This document shows positions 1-12,205 of a stretch of 64,000 nucleotides of DNA, piece after piece; the stretch's first letter is position 1; the number at the start of each line of letters is the position of its first letter. The position numbers and the translations under genes are program-made. The stretch covers positions 124,001 to 188,000 of the forward strand of contig JAMDHS010000017.1 in assembly GCA_029717555.1 (NCBI GenBank), in the 5' to 3' direction. The notes under the pieces are model-generated. The model ran no database searches, had not been told where the DNA came from, and saw only the letters and a program-made list of their open reading frames with translations. The DNA is from Peribolospora baueri (Eukaryota).

Positions 1-2453
1 CCGCCTGCCCAGGGAGGCGCTGACTCGGAAGCAGCGCTGCTCGGGCTCGCCGACGCCAAGGAGATGACGGTTGTAGGCGGAGGCGGGACGAGAAGGTCGC
101 CCGCCAGGCGGACGGCGGTGGGCACTCGCTGAAGGCGGATGGACTCGGACAGCTGGCCCGGCGGTCGCGGCATGCCCGATTGGACAAAGAAGGAGGCAGC
201 GCCACCGGAGCTCAACGAGGCTGAGACGCCTTGAGCTTGAGCGAGAGACTGGCTGCGAACGCGTGTACGATAGGGGTGCGGGGTGGGTGCGACGGGAGGT
301 TGGGTGGGCAAGGCATCAGAAACAACCGAGGTCGGCGGCGGAGCTTCGGGCGAGGGTGCTCCGGGAAAGGCGAAGGGCTCAGAAGGGGAACCGGACGGAG
401 TGCTGGCAGTGGACACGGGAACGGCCATCGTGGGATACGAAGACGCCAGAGCCCGGGTGTCGACGCCAACAGCGAGGAGGTCCGAGGGCTTCCTAGTAGT
501 CTTGTTGGTGCGAGCCTGAACGCTGAGCGCCGGCGCGGCGGCAGACGGAGCGAGCGTGCCAGAAGGCTTGGGCTCGCCGCCGGTCTTGCCTTCGCCGGAG
601 ACATGGCGCTTGGCGATGAAATCAGGGCCTAGAGCCTGACGTCCAGAACCGTCGCCGAGAAGCAGTCCGCCCAGCGACCTGGCCCTCCTGTGCTTCCCTC
701 CTCCCTTTCCGCCACCCCCGCCCCGGCCCACGAGCGCGCCGGCCGCTCTGGCGGGCCTGGTTTCTGCCTCATCCTGTACGGTCGCTGAGGCAGTCCGTTC
801 CGTCACCGGCCTCTGTCCCGCGTCCTTCGAGACCGACACCACCTGCGCCGCGCCCTTGGCAGCCGTGGGAGCGGAAGGCGCGGACGCCGCCGCCTCCATG
901 ATAGAAGCGGCGGGTGAAAGGACATGCTTGCTCTTGTGGACATCTGCGGTACCGACGGCCGAGGCAGCGGGTGCGGCGGACGCCGTCGTACCGAGTTCGG
1001 ATCTTGACCGCTGTGTGATGGACGCCTCCTCAACTGCCTTGGTCGCCGCCCGTTTACTGCTTTTCCGACCAAGGGCCGACAGCGAGGTAGCCGTGCCGCC
1101 GGCCATCTTTCGCACCGGCGTCTCTACACGTCCCTCTCCATCACCCGCCGAACCTTCCAAGTCGAGTTCTTCATCGACCTCCTGGGGAAGAGTGGACGTG
1201 TACGCGAGAGGACTGGAGAAGTTGGGCGTGCTGTCGAAGGCGGGCCTCTTCGCCGCCGGTAGCGGCAGACCGCCGGGCACCACGCCCGCCGTCTGCGTCG
1301 GCGGGGAAAAGGTGGGCGCTTGCTGGGATACGGGGGAAAGCGGAGAGGGATGATGGGAAGTCGAAGCGCCGGGCACGGAGACGGGGACGACGGTAGGACG
1401 GGCTTTCGCGAAGGGGTCGACGAACACGGGAGGCGGAATCGGGTCTCCTGCGGCAGCACTAGCGGTTTGAGAAGAGCGAGCTTCGACCTTAGCAGTGCTG
1501 ACGGAAGTGAACGGGTCTTCAAGAGCAGCCTTGGTTACGGGCGGCGAAGGCGAGGGCGCAAGAGTGTGTTTCCTCTCCGCCGCTCCGGCGTCCGACGTCG
1601 CGACGTCGGCGTCGAGGACGAACACGCCTCCGCCCGTGGACAGGCGATGCGGGGCGCTGGCGCCAGAGGAAGGAGTAGAGGCGCGCGGAGACTGGGACCC
1701 CGAGCTGCTCGAGTCGTCATCGCCGGCCCCGGATCTGCGGGCATCGGTCTGCGCGTGGGTAAGGTCGGGCTGTGAGACCGCCCTATGCGCTGCGACGGGC
1801 CGCGGAGACGAAGGCTTGGAGGAAGAAGGCGCGCCCGTCTCCGCTGCCACTGCCCGATGGGAACGCCGGTGTTGAAGGGTCGAAGACGTGCCATGCGAGG
1901 AAGAGGACTTGGGAAGTGCAGATGGGGCGAGACTAGAGACGGAAGGCGGCTGAGGAGCGGCGCGCTCAGAGAAGGGACGCGCGAGGATGGGAGGAAAGGG
2001 ACGATGGGTAAGTGTCCGACCGGGGTCGTCCGCTTTGGCGGAGACGGGAAGTGAAGGGGAGCGAAGTGACATGGGGGAAGGCATGGTGGACCCGTCGTCG
2101 CCATGGCTGGGGAGTGGAAGGCGTGGGTCGGTCGAGAGCGGCTGACGACCGACGTCTCCGTCGCTGTCGTCTTCGTTATCGTCTTCGCCTGTTGTCGTCC
2201 AACGCGCATTGCCCGATCGTCCGTCGTCCGACGTTGTCTCATCCGCATTGGAGGATGATTTCACCCTCTCCGGCCCGGTGGGCCCCGGCAATGATGCCGC
2301 CCCCCACGCCCCAGAGGGGCGCTGAGAGGCGGCGGCGGAGGCCGGCGGAACGGCGAGAAGCTCGTCGTCGTCAATGCGAGCCGAGCGGTGAGACGAAGTC
2401 TGCGGCCGAGACGAGGCGAGTGGCGGAGAAGGGGCCTTGCGGCTCGAGGACAT
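1..2453 (-). CDS. Large Ser/Pro/Ala-rich hypothetical protein, N-terminal part (runs off the left edge)
   Basis: Minus-strand frame from ATG at 2451-2453 (MSSSRKAPSPPLASSRPQT...). No stop in the stretches translated by hand down to base 1; its absence from the ORF track fits a frame with no stop in the window (about 817 codons). No domain recognised. Confidence 0.7.
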   Translation of the reverse strand, partial: MSSSRKAPSPPLASSRPQTSSHRSARIDDDELLAVPPASAAASQRPSGAWGAASLPGPTGPERVKSSSNADETTSDDGRSGNARWTTTGEDDNEDDSDGDVGRQPLSTDPRLPLPSHGDDGSTMPSPMSLRSPSLPVSAKADDPGRTLTHRPFPPILARPFSERAAPQPPSVSSLAPSALPKSSSSHGTSSTLQHRRSHRAVAAETGAPSSSKPSSPRPVAAHRAVSQPDLTHAQTDARRSGAGDDDSSSSGSQSPRASTPSSGASAPHRLSTGGGVFVLDADVATSDAGAAERKHTLAPSPSPPVTKAALEDPFTSVSTAKVEARSSQTASAAAGDPIPPPVFVDPFAKARPTVVPVSVPGASTSHHPSPLSPVSQQAPTFSPPTQTAGVVPGGLPLPAAKRPAFDSTPNFSSPLAYTSTLPQEVDEELDLEGSAGDGEGRVETPVRKMAGGTATSLSALGRKSSKRAATKAVEEASITQRSRSELGTTASAAPAASAVGTADVHKSKHVLSPAASIMEAAASAPSAPTAAKGAAQVVSVSKDAGQRPVTERTASATVQDEAETRPARAAGALVGRGGGGGKGGGKHRRARSLGGLLLGDGSGRQALGPDFIAKRHVSGEGKTGGEPKPSGTLAPSAAAPALSVQARTNKTTRKPSDLLAVGVDTRALASSYPTMAVPVSTASTPSGSPSEPFAFPGAPSPEAPPPTSVVSDALPTQPPVAPTPHPYRTRVRSQSLAQAQGVSASLSSGGAASFFVQSGMPRPPGQLSESIRLQRVPTAVRLAGDLLVPPPPTTVISLASASPSSAASESAPPWAG

Positions 2454-2533
2454 GTGTCGGCGGCGGCGGGGCCTAGGTGGGAAGGGCGACGGCTGAGTTG
2501 AGCCTGTGCTTCACCTTGACCTTGACCTCCTCC

Positions 2534-2692
2534 TTTGTCGTTGTAGTCGTTGTAGTCGTCGTATTCTTCTCTTCTTCTTCTTGGTCGTCTTCTTCTTTTT
2601 CTTCTTCTCGTCCTTGCTCTTCTTCCTTTACGTCGTCTTCTTCTTCGTCGTTCTCCTTCTCCTTCTCCTTCTCCTTCTTCTTCTTCTCCTTC
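2534..2692. repeat. Pyrimidine-rich simple repeat tract (GTC/TTC/TTCTCC)
   Basis: Runs of tct/ttc/ctcctt immediately upstream of the ATG at 2453. Confidence 0.8.
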
Positions 2693-3723
2693 ACTGCCTG
2701 TCGTCTGGTGATGGATGGGGTTACGTGGGGTCGGCTCGGACGCCCTGGCGATCCTGCGCGGTGGTTATCGACGGCAAGAGTACTGAAAGGAGGCGGGCGT
2801 CCAGGTCAAGCAAAAGCCATGCCTGTGGGATGCTGAAGGGGGAGGCGGAGGGTGGAAGGGAAGGAGGGGAGGCGACGTAGGGATGGAGAGGGAGGACGAC
2901 GACGGGGAGCGGGAGGAGCGAGCGGTGAGACGACGACGGATGGAGGCGAGGCCGAGGCGAGGCTAAGCGGATATGAGCGTTGCCGGAGCGAGGGCGTGAG
3001 TTGAAGCCGATGGCGTCGATCTAATTGTCCTCTAACCGCCACTTCACGCGCCATTTCAATTCCTCCCGCCTTGTTTGTACTCACCGCGGCCGTCCGTCTG
3101 CTGCGGCTACCGTGCTGCGGCGTATGTCCTTAGCTTAGCTTACCGGTATGCATGTATGCGAGTAGTTTACTAGTCGCTGCCCGCCCCGCTCCCGGCTGGC
3201 TGGCCGTCCGTTATTATGCTCTGCAGCACGTCGTCGTCTTGTGACCGCCGCCGGTTTCTCCAGAAGGGTCGACACGCATATATACACAGTAGACAGCAGA
3301 CAGGACGCAGTAGACAGTAGACAGGAGACGGCAGACGGTAGACATAGAAGGTCTCTCTGCTCTCCCCTGTACGTACATCGGCGCTGGCATGAGTCCCGTC
3401 CCGTACGTGGGCGCATCCAGCCAGCCAGTCGATATGGGCCCGTGGCGCCGAACGCGTGCCCAACAGGCTCAACGCTAGGAGACCATGGCCGCCAGTGGGC
3501 GGTGACCTTGGTGCTCGGTGAGCCCGTCCTAGCCTTCTCCCGCGATCCTACGCCGCACGGCCCCCCTTGGGTGACGAACGACGGACGGACGGGACGACGG
3601 CCCACCATCCAGATAGACAGACAGACGAACCTCGGATCCTCGGCGAGTTCAGCAAGGCGGCTGGCTGATCAGGAGTCCGTGCTCGCAAAGGAACGCACGG
3701 TCGCCTTCTTCCTACCTCGTCGT

Positions 3724-3756
3724 GATGATGATGATGATGATGATGATGATGACGAC
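3724..3756. repeat. (GAT)9(GAC)2 microsatellite
   Basis: Read directly from the sequence. Confidence 0.9.
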
Positions 3757-4131
3757 GGGCTGCCTCGGCTTGACATGGCGCTCGGATCGGAAGACACCCT
3801 CACAAGCTCGTCCGCGCGTCACACCTGCCACGAGGTCACGAACCACGGGCTCCACTTCATATCGTGCGGTCCATGTCGGCCGGCTGTTCGTCACGATTGC
3901 ACGCATCCTTTCATGCCTACCGCTCGTTCCTTCTCACAGAAAACCCCAGTAGCATACAGCACATCGGACGGACACGCCGACGCACGAACGAGCGGCGCGG
4001 ACGGAGACGGCCGCCGGTCAGGCCCATCTTCCACCATTGGCATCGCGCTGCCGACGTGCAACTCCACTCGACCGCCCGTCCCGTCGAGATCGTGCTGAGC
4101 AGGTGGGGAGCCCACGCTCGTCCTACTCTGC

Positions 4132-5318
4132 TCATCTTGCCGCAAGCCTCTTTCGCTCTCCTTCAAGCTGAGGGGGAGGAAGGAAGGACGGGACGAAGAA
4201 AGAAGGGTGCGTTAGCCGGTGTGCGTCGACCTGCACGGGCTAAACCCCCATCCGGCGCTCCTCGGGGCGATCCAGAAACAGGAGCAACACGAAGCGAGCC
4301 ATGATCCATTTCGCGACATGATCAACTCACCACTTTCCGAACCCGCGCCCAACTGTTCGCCTTGCCCTTCGCACCAGGCTGACGTTCCTTAGCCTTGCCG
4401 TCACAGAGCGCGGCGAGGTGGTCGTTGTCCAAGTTGGGCACCTTGACGTTGGACACCTCGTACGGAGGTGCGATGATCACTTCGTCGAGCACTATGATGT
4501 GCTTTTCGTGCCATCGGACAGGCAGCCTGTGGGAATGACAAGCATTCGAAAAAGAAGACGCGGACCCTCGTGCGTGAGCGCGATCTTCACATTCATTCCC
4601 TCGAAATCACCAGGCCTCTACACGAGAGAGAGCGAAAAAAAACCCACGTCTTAGCCAGCGCGTCGTAAACCTCCTGCGCCTCCTCGGTGACGCCGACGCC
4701 GATCCTGGCTATCCGGCTCGCCTCTGCCTTGATCGCCTTCGCTTCCCTCTCCTCCGCGGCCTGGATGGAGACGGGGGCTACGGGGGTCAGGCCTTGTGGC
4801 GCCTGTGCTGCCGCTTCGCTCGACGTCATGGAAGTCGTGTCATTCGTGACGCCCGAAGGAGCAGGGCTAGGCAAGGGCCCTACCACCTCGACCGCCTTGA
4901 TCTCCCGAATCTTGACGATCCTAAATCCCGCCCGCGTTCCCTTCACTGCCCTCGCGCCGCTCCCGCTTCCGTTCCCGTTCCCGGCGCTGTTGGCTTCCGC
5001 ACCGCCGCCGGCGCCTTCGCTGCCGTTCTTGGGAACGGCGCCGGTGGTCTCGAGGGCGACGCAACCAAGGAGAGGATCGAAAGCGAACAGCCTTCCCTCG
5101 ACCTTGCGCGCATCCTGAGCCATCGAGTCGGCGAGCGTGATTCGGAGAGGCACGCCCAGAAGCGAGGAGAGGTCCTGAGGTGCTCCCGTGCCGGCGCCGG
5201 CGACGCCCCCTCCTCCTCTACCCGCGGTCGAGCTCGTGGGTGGCGCGGTGGAGGCTACACGAGAGTAGGCGGGAGCGGAGGCGCCCGTGCTGGGCCGGGA
5301 GGAAGACGTGCTGCTCAT
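4132..5318 (-). CDS. LSM12: LSM12-like protein (N-terminal Lsm fold plus anticodon-binding-like domain), 3 exons
   Basis: VEGRLFAFDP...FRIVKIREIKAVEV, then IGVGVTEEAQEVYDALAKT|LPVRWHEKHIIVLDEVIIAPPY...RVRKV|LEGERKRLAAR*, joined by GT-AG introns. Confidence 0.85.
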
Positions 5319-5651
5319 GGCGAGGGCAAATGGGAGAAGAAAGGAAAGTAAAAAGAAAGAGAAGCAGAAATGCACGCCCAAAACGCCGTTCGTTCCAAGC
5401 CAGCCTGGGTACGGGTATGAGAATGGAAGCTGAGAGAGAAATACAAAAAGGCGACGAGGATAAACAGCCGGGTGGAACACGCTTTACCGTCATTATGCTC
5501 GGCCTTAGGCGGTAGGAGAGCGGAGATAGATCTCGATCACCACCAAACGCCCCGTTGGTCGGTCCGCCGCAAAAGAATCTCGCAACGTTCGTCGACGTTC
5601 GCACCACTGCTGACCGCACTGACACGGCCAGGCCACGGACGAAGACGCACG

Positions 5652-8368
5652 ATGCCTTCCGACTCGCGCCACCGCTCTTACACGCCCGATTCGGATAACG
5701 AGCGGCGGCGACATCATCACCACCGCTCTTCCCGCCACCGCTCTCGTTCTCGAGATCGCCACGAGCGGTCGCGCCACAGCGACAAGGAGAGGCATAGGCG
5801 GGACGACCGCGATGAGAAGGACAGAGACGACCGGGTCAGGGATAAATACTCGGACAGGGACACAGATAGGGATAGGAGGAGCAGCAAGCGACACAATGAC
5901 TCGGCGGACGAGGACAGAGACAGGAGCGACAAGAAGGACAAGAAGTGAGTGATTTTGTCGTTGGTCGATCTCCTACTTTGGACCAACGCTAATGCTCGTC
6001 CCTCTCCACCCACCACAGGCGCCGAGAAACCTCGTCGGAGCGTCGCGCACGCAAGGCTGCGAAGCGAGCTCGGCGCGAGGAAGAAGTGGAAATCGAAGAG
6101 GCGGCCTTGCGCGCACAGGCGGCGGAACTGAGCATGTACAGCTCCACGGACAACCCGTTCAATGACGCGAACCTGAATCAGCAGTTCAAATGGGTCAAGA
6201 AACAGGAGAAGGATAGGAAAGCCGGCCTTTCGGCTGCTGAGGCTGCCCGAAAGGACGCGATCAGGAGGAAAGAGGCCCAGGTGGGTGTGATCGAGGGCGC
6301 CGCGGTGTTTCGTGTCGCGTACCGCGTGTCCATTTCGTTGAGAGAAAGAACCGGAAGGTCTCGCTGACGATACATTCCCCGTTATTGTCATCTCACAGGA
6401 AGAACTGGAACGCCTTCGGCGCAGGCGCGATGAACGTGAAGCGGAGCAAGCGGCCCGAGAAGAAGAGAAAGCCCGACAAGCACGATTGGCCGAGTCGGAG
6501 CACATGGCGGTGTGGGTGGCGAAAGAGGACGAGTTTCGACTCGAGCAGGCGCGTCGAAGGGCACAGATCCGGATCAGGGAGAACCGAGCCAAGCCGATCG
6601 ACCTGCTCGCGCTCAACCTGCGTTGGGCAGATCCTTGGTCAGAACGCGATGAAAATAAGAAGGACGAGGAGGAGGACGAGGAGGCTGGATTGGAGATCGA
6701 TTTGGATGAGCCGTACGCGATCTTTGATGTGAGTCTGAGGTGATCTTCGATTCTTTTTTCTAACCTCCGAACTGATATTCCTTTCGTTTCGACAACAACG
6801 ACTACAGAACCTTACCCTTCACGAGATGGAAGAGCTCTTCGAGGACATTCAGATGTACCTCGAGCTGGAGAAGAACGACAAAAACCTCGACTTTTGGCGT
6901 GCCATGATCATCGTCGCCAAGGACCGTCTCGAAGCTGCCTGGGACGCAGCGCGGGGTAAGGGGGAGAGCGAAGTGCAGAGAGAAATCTCCGCTCTGCTCG
7001 AGCCGAAAGGCTACGAGCAGTTGGAGCTGCTTCAGGGTCAGGTCAAGGCGAAACTCGAGAGCGGCGAGCCGATCGATGTGGAGTACTGGGAAAGCCTTTT
7101 GAAAAACATCCTGGTGTTCAAGGCCAAGGTGAGCCTTTGCTCTTTTGAAGCAGTGCTGCTCAGGATGGGATCTTGTTCCCGCATCATGCGGTGCTGCTGA
7201 CACGAATGGCCCTTTGTCCTGCTTCAGGTGCGACTACGCCAGCTCCACGAGGTGGTGCTTTCGAACCGGCTGGAGTACCTTCGCAAGCGCCAGCGGGACG
7301 AGGCGCTCAAGATGCAAGACGAGCTGGCGTACGCGATCGACGTGGGCGCCGAGGATGCTGCTGTCGGCGGAATGGAAGGCGAGGATGGTGAAGAAATCGG
7401 GCTAGAGGCCGGCGAGGGAGGCGAGGTGCTGGGGAGGGCGGAGGAGGAAGAGGCCGAGGCGTTCGAACGAGAGATGAGCCCGGAGCCGATCCCGGCGAGC
7501 CAGCTCACGTACGAGGAAAGGGGTCTGGAGACGGTGGACACGGACACGGACAGGTCGCGTCTGCTCTCCTCCCGCCGCGCCGTCATTTCCTCTACCTTCA
7601 TCCCCAAGCCTCGTCCGGCGCCCACCGGAGGCGAGGAAGCGCTGGACGCGGAAGAGCAGCTGTACCGCGCCGAGGCGAGCAAGGCTTTGGATCTCGAGGA
7701 GGAGACTTTCAACAAGGACGAGGAGATTCAGAAGCAGACGTATATGTGGGAGGACAAGTTCAGGCCAAGGAAGCCGAGATACTTCAACCGGGTGCACACT
7801 GGATTCGAGTGGAACAAGTGAGTCGCGCCATCCGTCCTTGCTCGTTCGTTCGTCCCGGCTACGGTCACGTGCGGGAAGAATGACCGTTCGTTTGGCCCCC
7901 GTCGCAGGTACAACCAAACGCACTACGACACCGACAACCCGCCACCGAAGGTGGTCCAAGGCTACAAGTTCAACATCTTCTACCCTGATCTCATCGACAA
8001 GACAAAAGCGCCGACGTACAAGATCGTCAAGGAGAAGGGCAACGACGACACCGTCTTGCTCGTCTTCAAGGCCGGGCCGCCGTACGAGGATTTGGCGTTT
8101 AGGATCGTGAATAGGGAGTGGGAGTATTCACACAAGCGGTGAGTTGGGGAGCTTGTTGGTTTCGTTCTTGCATGTTCGTCGGCTCGGTTCTGGGTGCATG
8201 ATGCTGACGTTCCTTTCCATCCCTCTTCCCGTCCTTCTGCCCTCCCTTGTGCGCCTGCTGCCCCCATCGTTCCCCTGTCTTGTTGTCCACAGCGGCTTCC
8301 GAAGCTCTTTCGACAGAGGCATTCTACAGCTCTACTTCCACTTCAAGCGTCTTCGTTATCGGAAGTGA
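5652..8368 (+). CDS. CACTIN: Cactin (spliceosome-associated), multi-exon
   Basis: RS/RD-rich N-terminus; YSSTDNPFNDANL; RIRENRAKPID; KPRYFNRVHTGFEWNKYNQTHYD; GYKFNIFYPDLIDK; GFRSSFDRGILQLYFHFKRLRYRK*. Confidence 0.95.
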
Positions 8369-9248
8369 AGGCGGTCGCCGCAGTCTTTTGCGCCGCTCCT
8401 GTTGCGTTCTGTATGTATCGAGCTGCGGATCGTCGATGATGGCAGGGAAACTTGCCTGCTCGAGGAACATGATTATTCGTTGCTGCGACATTCTTTCGGG
8501 GGGAAGAGTGGGGGAGGAACCGGAGGGGAGGTTATGGACGGGACGACGGTGGGACGTGCAACAATAAGGGCGGACAAGGAGGAGTGGGATGAGGAAGAAG
8601 AGCGTTGTGCGACCAGGTGAAAAAGTCGCGAGCGGAGGCTTGGACGGTCGCGTGACTGTGTGTCGAGGGAGCGCCATTGCTACGGCCGTGAAATAGATAG
8701 GCCACGAAGAGGAGGGGACAGCGCAGCTAGTCACTCATGATCAGATGCAAAGCGTGACGAAGAGGTGGTGGCCGGACAGCGCTCTCGCTTTCTCCTGAAC
8801 ACGGCCCGACGACGATGATGGTTTGTCTTGTCTCGCTAGACGAGAAGAAAGGGACGTCCGACCGCCTTTGGATTCCGCCACGGCGCACGGACCATTGTTC
8901 GACTCCGGCCAGGCTCGACAACGGCGAGGCTCCAAAGTCAAAGCCAGGTCTCGCCATCGATGAGGGCGAGGGTGATGGCGAGAACGATGACGAGCATGGC
9001 GGACTGGGAGGAAGGAAACGAGGACAGCGTGTTGTGAAAAACAGTGTAGGCTCGCGGTGGCGTGGACGACGACGTCAACAAAAAGGGAAGAAAGGGGATT
9101 GGAGGTGAAGAACACGACGACGACGACGACGACGATAACTACAACAACGATAACATGTCTCGGACCAGTCGTCTGGTTCCCTACTATATCTCTCCCTCCC
9201 TGCCCCCCGCCTCGCCCTCTTCGTCCTTTGCAAGCCCCCGTCAGCAAG

Positions 9249-11130
9249 ATGCGCACCCACCACCAATCGCCCTCCTCCACTGACCTCGTCTCTCCCGACC
9301 TCCGCACCAGCTCCCCCGTACTCACCCTCGACCGTCCTCGGTCGGCCACCGCCACCTCCTTCCCCTCGCGCTACCCCCCGCACAAGTGGGACTACGACCC
9401 GACTCGCCGGAGCGCCGAAGCGTCGTCCACCGCCAACAAGCGCCCCCACTTCCTCACCGCCCCTTCGCCCACGTCCATCTGGAGAGCCTCTCCCACGACC
9501 CCGCGCCCCATCACCACGTTCACCAGCGTCAACCTCTCCCGGCTGTGCGTGACGGGCGACATGGTCGTCGGCGAGCCTGTTGGACACAACTGCTTCGAAC
9601 GCGCTTGTCAGCACGCGTTGATCAAGAGGCCGCCTTTGGAGGTTCGGAGGCGGGCAAAGGAAGAGGCGGACGAGGGGGAATCCTGCGCAGTCGTAGATCA
9701 TGGCAGCGAACTTGCGCACCCTCTCGCGCATCCGCACCACCCCTACGAACACATAGACGATCCAGGCGAGCAAGACGAAGACGACCAAGCCCACGCCCTC
9801 CCTTGGCCGGCCAGCACGCTCTCTATCGCCAGCGCATCTTCCTCTTCTTCCTCCACCGTCACCGTCACTTGGACAGGCACCAGCTCCAACGTCAAGCTTC
9901 GCTTCGCTTCCCCCAGTGGCGCCTGGAGGTGGTTCCAGTTTCTGCAAAAGTGGATTGCAGGTGAGCCGAGGGTCTGTCCGCGTTAGATCCCTTTCTCCTT
10001 CACACTCTCCCATTCATCTGGTCTCTCATTTAACGATGGTCGCTTTTTTTCCTGCTCCTCCCCCTTTCCTTCCAAATGGATCCCTCGCAGCCCCAGATGA
10101 TGAACCACTGGAAGACGCCTCGTTCGCGCTCGGTATCCGACGCACCGAGTTCGTGCAAGCAAGTGTGGAGAGCCTCTGTTGGTGCAAGGTCGATGGCGAT
10201 AAGGCCGTTTATCTCGCCCCAAGGAGAAGGGACGAGGCGGTAAGCGTCAAACCTGGGCCCGCACCCGAGTCCGTCGTCGTCGAATGCAATGGAGATACCA
10301 GACTGACGTCCATTCCTCCTGTTCCCGGGACCTCTTCGTCCTGTTTGCCAACGTCCAAAGCAGCAGCTTCCACCCATCGGCCGACCATCTTCGCCGACGG
10401 TGTGGCACCGCCCGTTTCAAGACCGATGCCGAGACGGTGCGATTGCGAAAATCGAGGCCCGGGGCGATGACAACTCCACCACCGAGGTCGCCTACCTCTG
10501 TCCTTGCCTCCCGTTCTCCCTCTTGCCGCTTCCGCCCGGCGAAGGCGATGGACAAGGGCGCGGCGGCGCCTGGAGCCCGCAAGGCGCCGTCTTCTCCACC
10601 TCTGCCGCGTCCGAGGGAAAGGCCGAGAGAAGACTGGAGAGAGACGATTTCGAGCTTGCTGGCGTGTCTGTCAAGTTGCATCAGCTTGCCACTCGCTCAG
10701 ATGGGGACGGCCAGGGGCAGGGGCAAGGGCGGGGGCAGGGGCAGGGGAGAAGGAGGGCGCTCATTAGCCATGCCCGGCTGAGGTTCACCTTTGAAGACGA
10801 GGCGGAAGCGGAGGGGTGGCTCTGCGCCGTTCTAGCCGAGATTCGGGACGCTTGGAGGTGAGTATCATCTAGCTTCGCCGAGCCTTTCATCCATTTTTTT
10901 CTTACCTTTGTCGTACGATACGACCGTCCCACGCCACGTCACGTCACCGGCACAGCCACCAACAAAGCATCGCGCCGCCCGACACCTCGTGGGAGTTCCC
11001 CTCCCCCTCCCATCCGCACCCATATTCATATTCCACCACATCTCCACCTCCACCCAATCCTTCCTCTCCCTCCCGCGGCGTGTTCGGTAGGACGGTTGCG
11101 AGGATCTGGGCGCATATGCGACGCGCGTAA
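9249..11130 (+). CDS. Hypothetical protein, possibly with two degenerate PH-like domains; boundaries uncertain
   Basis: ORF blocks joined by GT-AG introns (9961-10090, about 10240-10360, possibly 10858-11090). Motifs KLRFASPSGAWRWF and LRFTFEDEAEAEGWL. Confidence 0.5.
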
Positions 11131-12205
11131 AAGTCCACTCTGTGTGTCTGTCTGTCTGTTTGCTTGTCTGTTTGTGTGTGTCCAATCACGTCAGCGAAAC
11201 GTATGTACGAGTACTGCATATGTAATCTCCCACCGTGGCGGTCGTAAGCTTGCCGATCGGCCCTTCCCTTCCTTCCTTCGTTCCCGCACCGGGAAGACGA
11301 AGGGCGGGCGAGAAGTCCGAAACATGTGACGGTGTGCCCAATCGGGGCGGCTTGGGATGAAGTGGGCATCATGTATGTGCATGACGGTCATCTGAGCCTT
11401 AGTTGGGTGGCACGGCGCGGCGCGGCCTGCCCACCCCACCGCCAACTCGTGAGGGCCGCAAGAGAGACGGCCGAACGTACAAGACGACGGACGGGACGGG
11501 TCGCGTCGTGCGAGAACGGTCCCACCTACCCTGGGGCCCTCCTTCGCCTTGTGTGGAATGATAATAAGGTAGGCGTCACGATGGCGCCTCCCTCTAGGAG
11601 AGATGGAACGGCGCCTTTGAGAGGTCCACCAAGGACGTTTTTGCGCCGTCTTGATCTCGCTTCCGTGGAACGTTTGGAACAGAAGGTGGGCGTGAATAGA
11701 AGGTGGGCGTGAATACAGGCGTGCCTCGGTAACAACCTGTGGGGAGGAGAGAGAGAAAGGGAGAGGGTGAGATAGTAAAAAAGGGACGAGGAGCAAGGAC
11801 CTGCGTGGACGCTAGGCTTGGCGGACAGAGTGGCTCGTCTTATTCTCCAGCAATGAGGCGGCGGTGTGTATGCGTGGATCAGGTCGTTGGATTCGGATGG
11901 AGACGTCAGCGTGCGTGGTCGGAGAGGGCGTTAAATGCGAAGAAGCGAAAAGTGGAGGGGAAGGCGAAAGAGGGGATAGATGATGTGCGTAATCTACATG
12001 CGACAGGCGGGGAGAGACAAGCCGGGTGACGAGAGGACAGAGAGGGGAGCCCGAGATGGAGGTGAGAAAACGAAAAGGAAGTGATATGAAGCGGAGGCGG
12101 CGATCGACGGAAAGGGCAAAAAGGGTCCTTGGTTGGACGAGCGTGAATGACGTCAGAGGGCCGGGCGAAGACGAAGACGAGGCGACCCGACGAGGTGGTC
12201 TTGGC

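Noticed and set aside
212..2248. Many overlapping ORFs in the track
   Set aside because: Shadow frames of the single long minus-strand frame 1..2453 in GC-rich DNA.
2473..2880. K/E-rich and S/F-rich ORFs
   Set aside because: Translations of simple repeats.
3241..4098. 285-aa plus-strand ORF with poly-Asp
   Set aside because: GTG start, driven by microsatellites, no recognisable domain.
11681..11714. 17-bp tandem duplication AGAAGGTGGGCGTGAAT
   Set aside because: Two copies only, intergenic, likely slippage.
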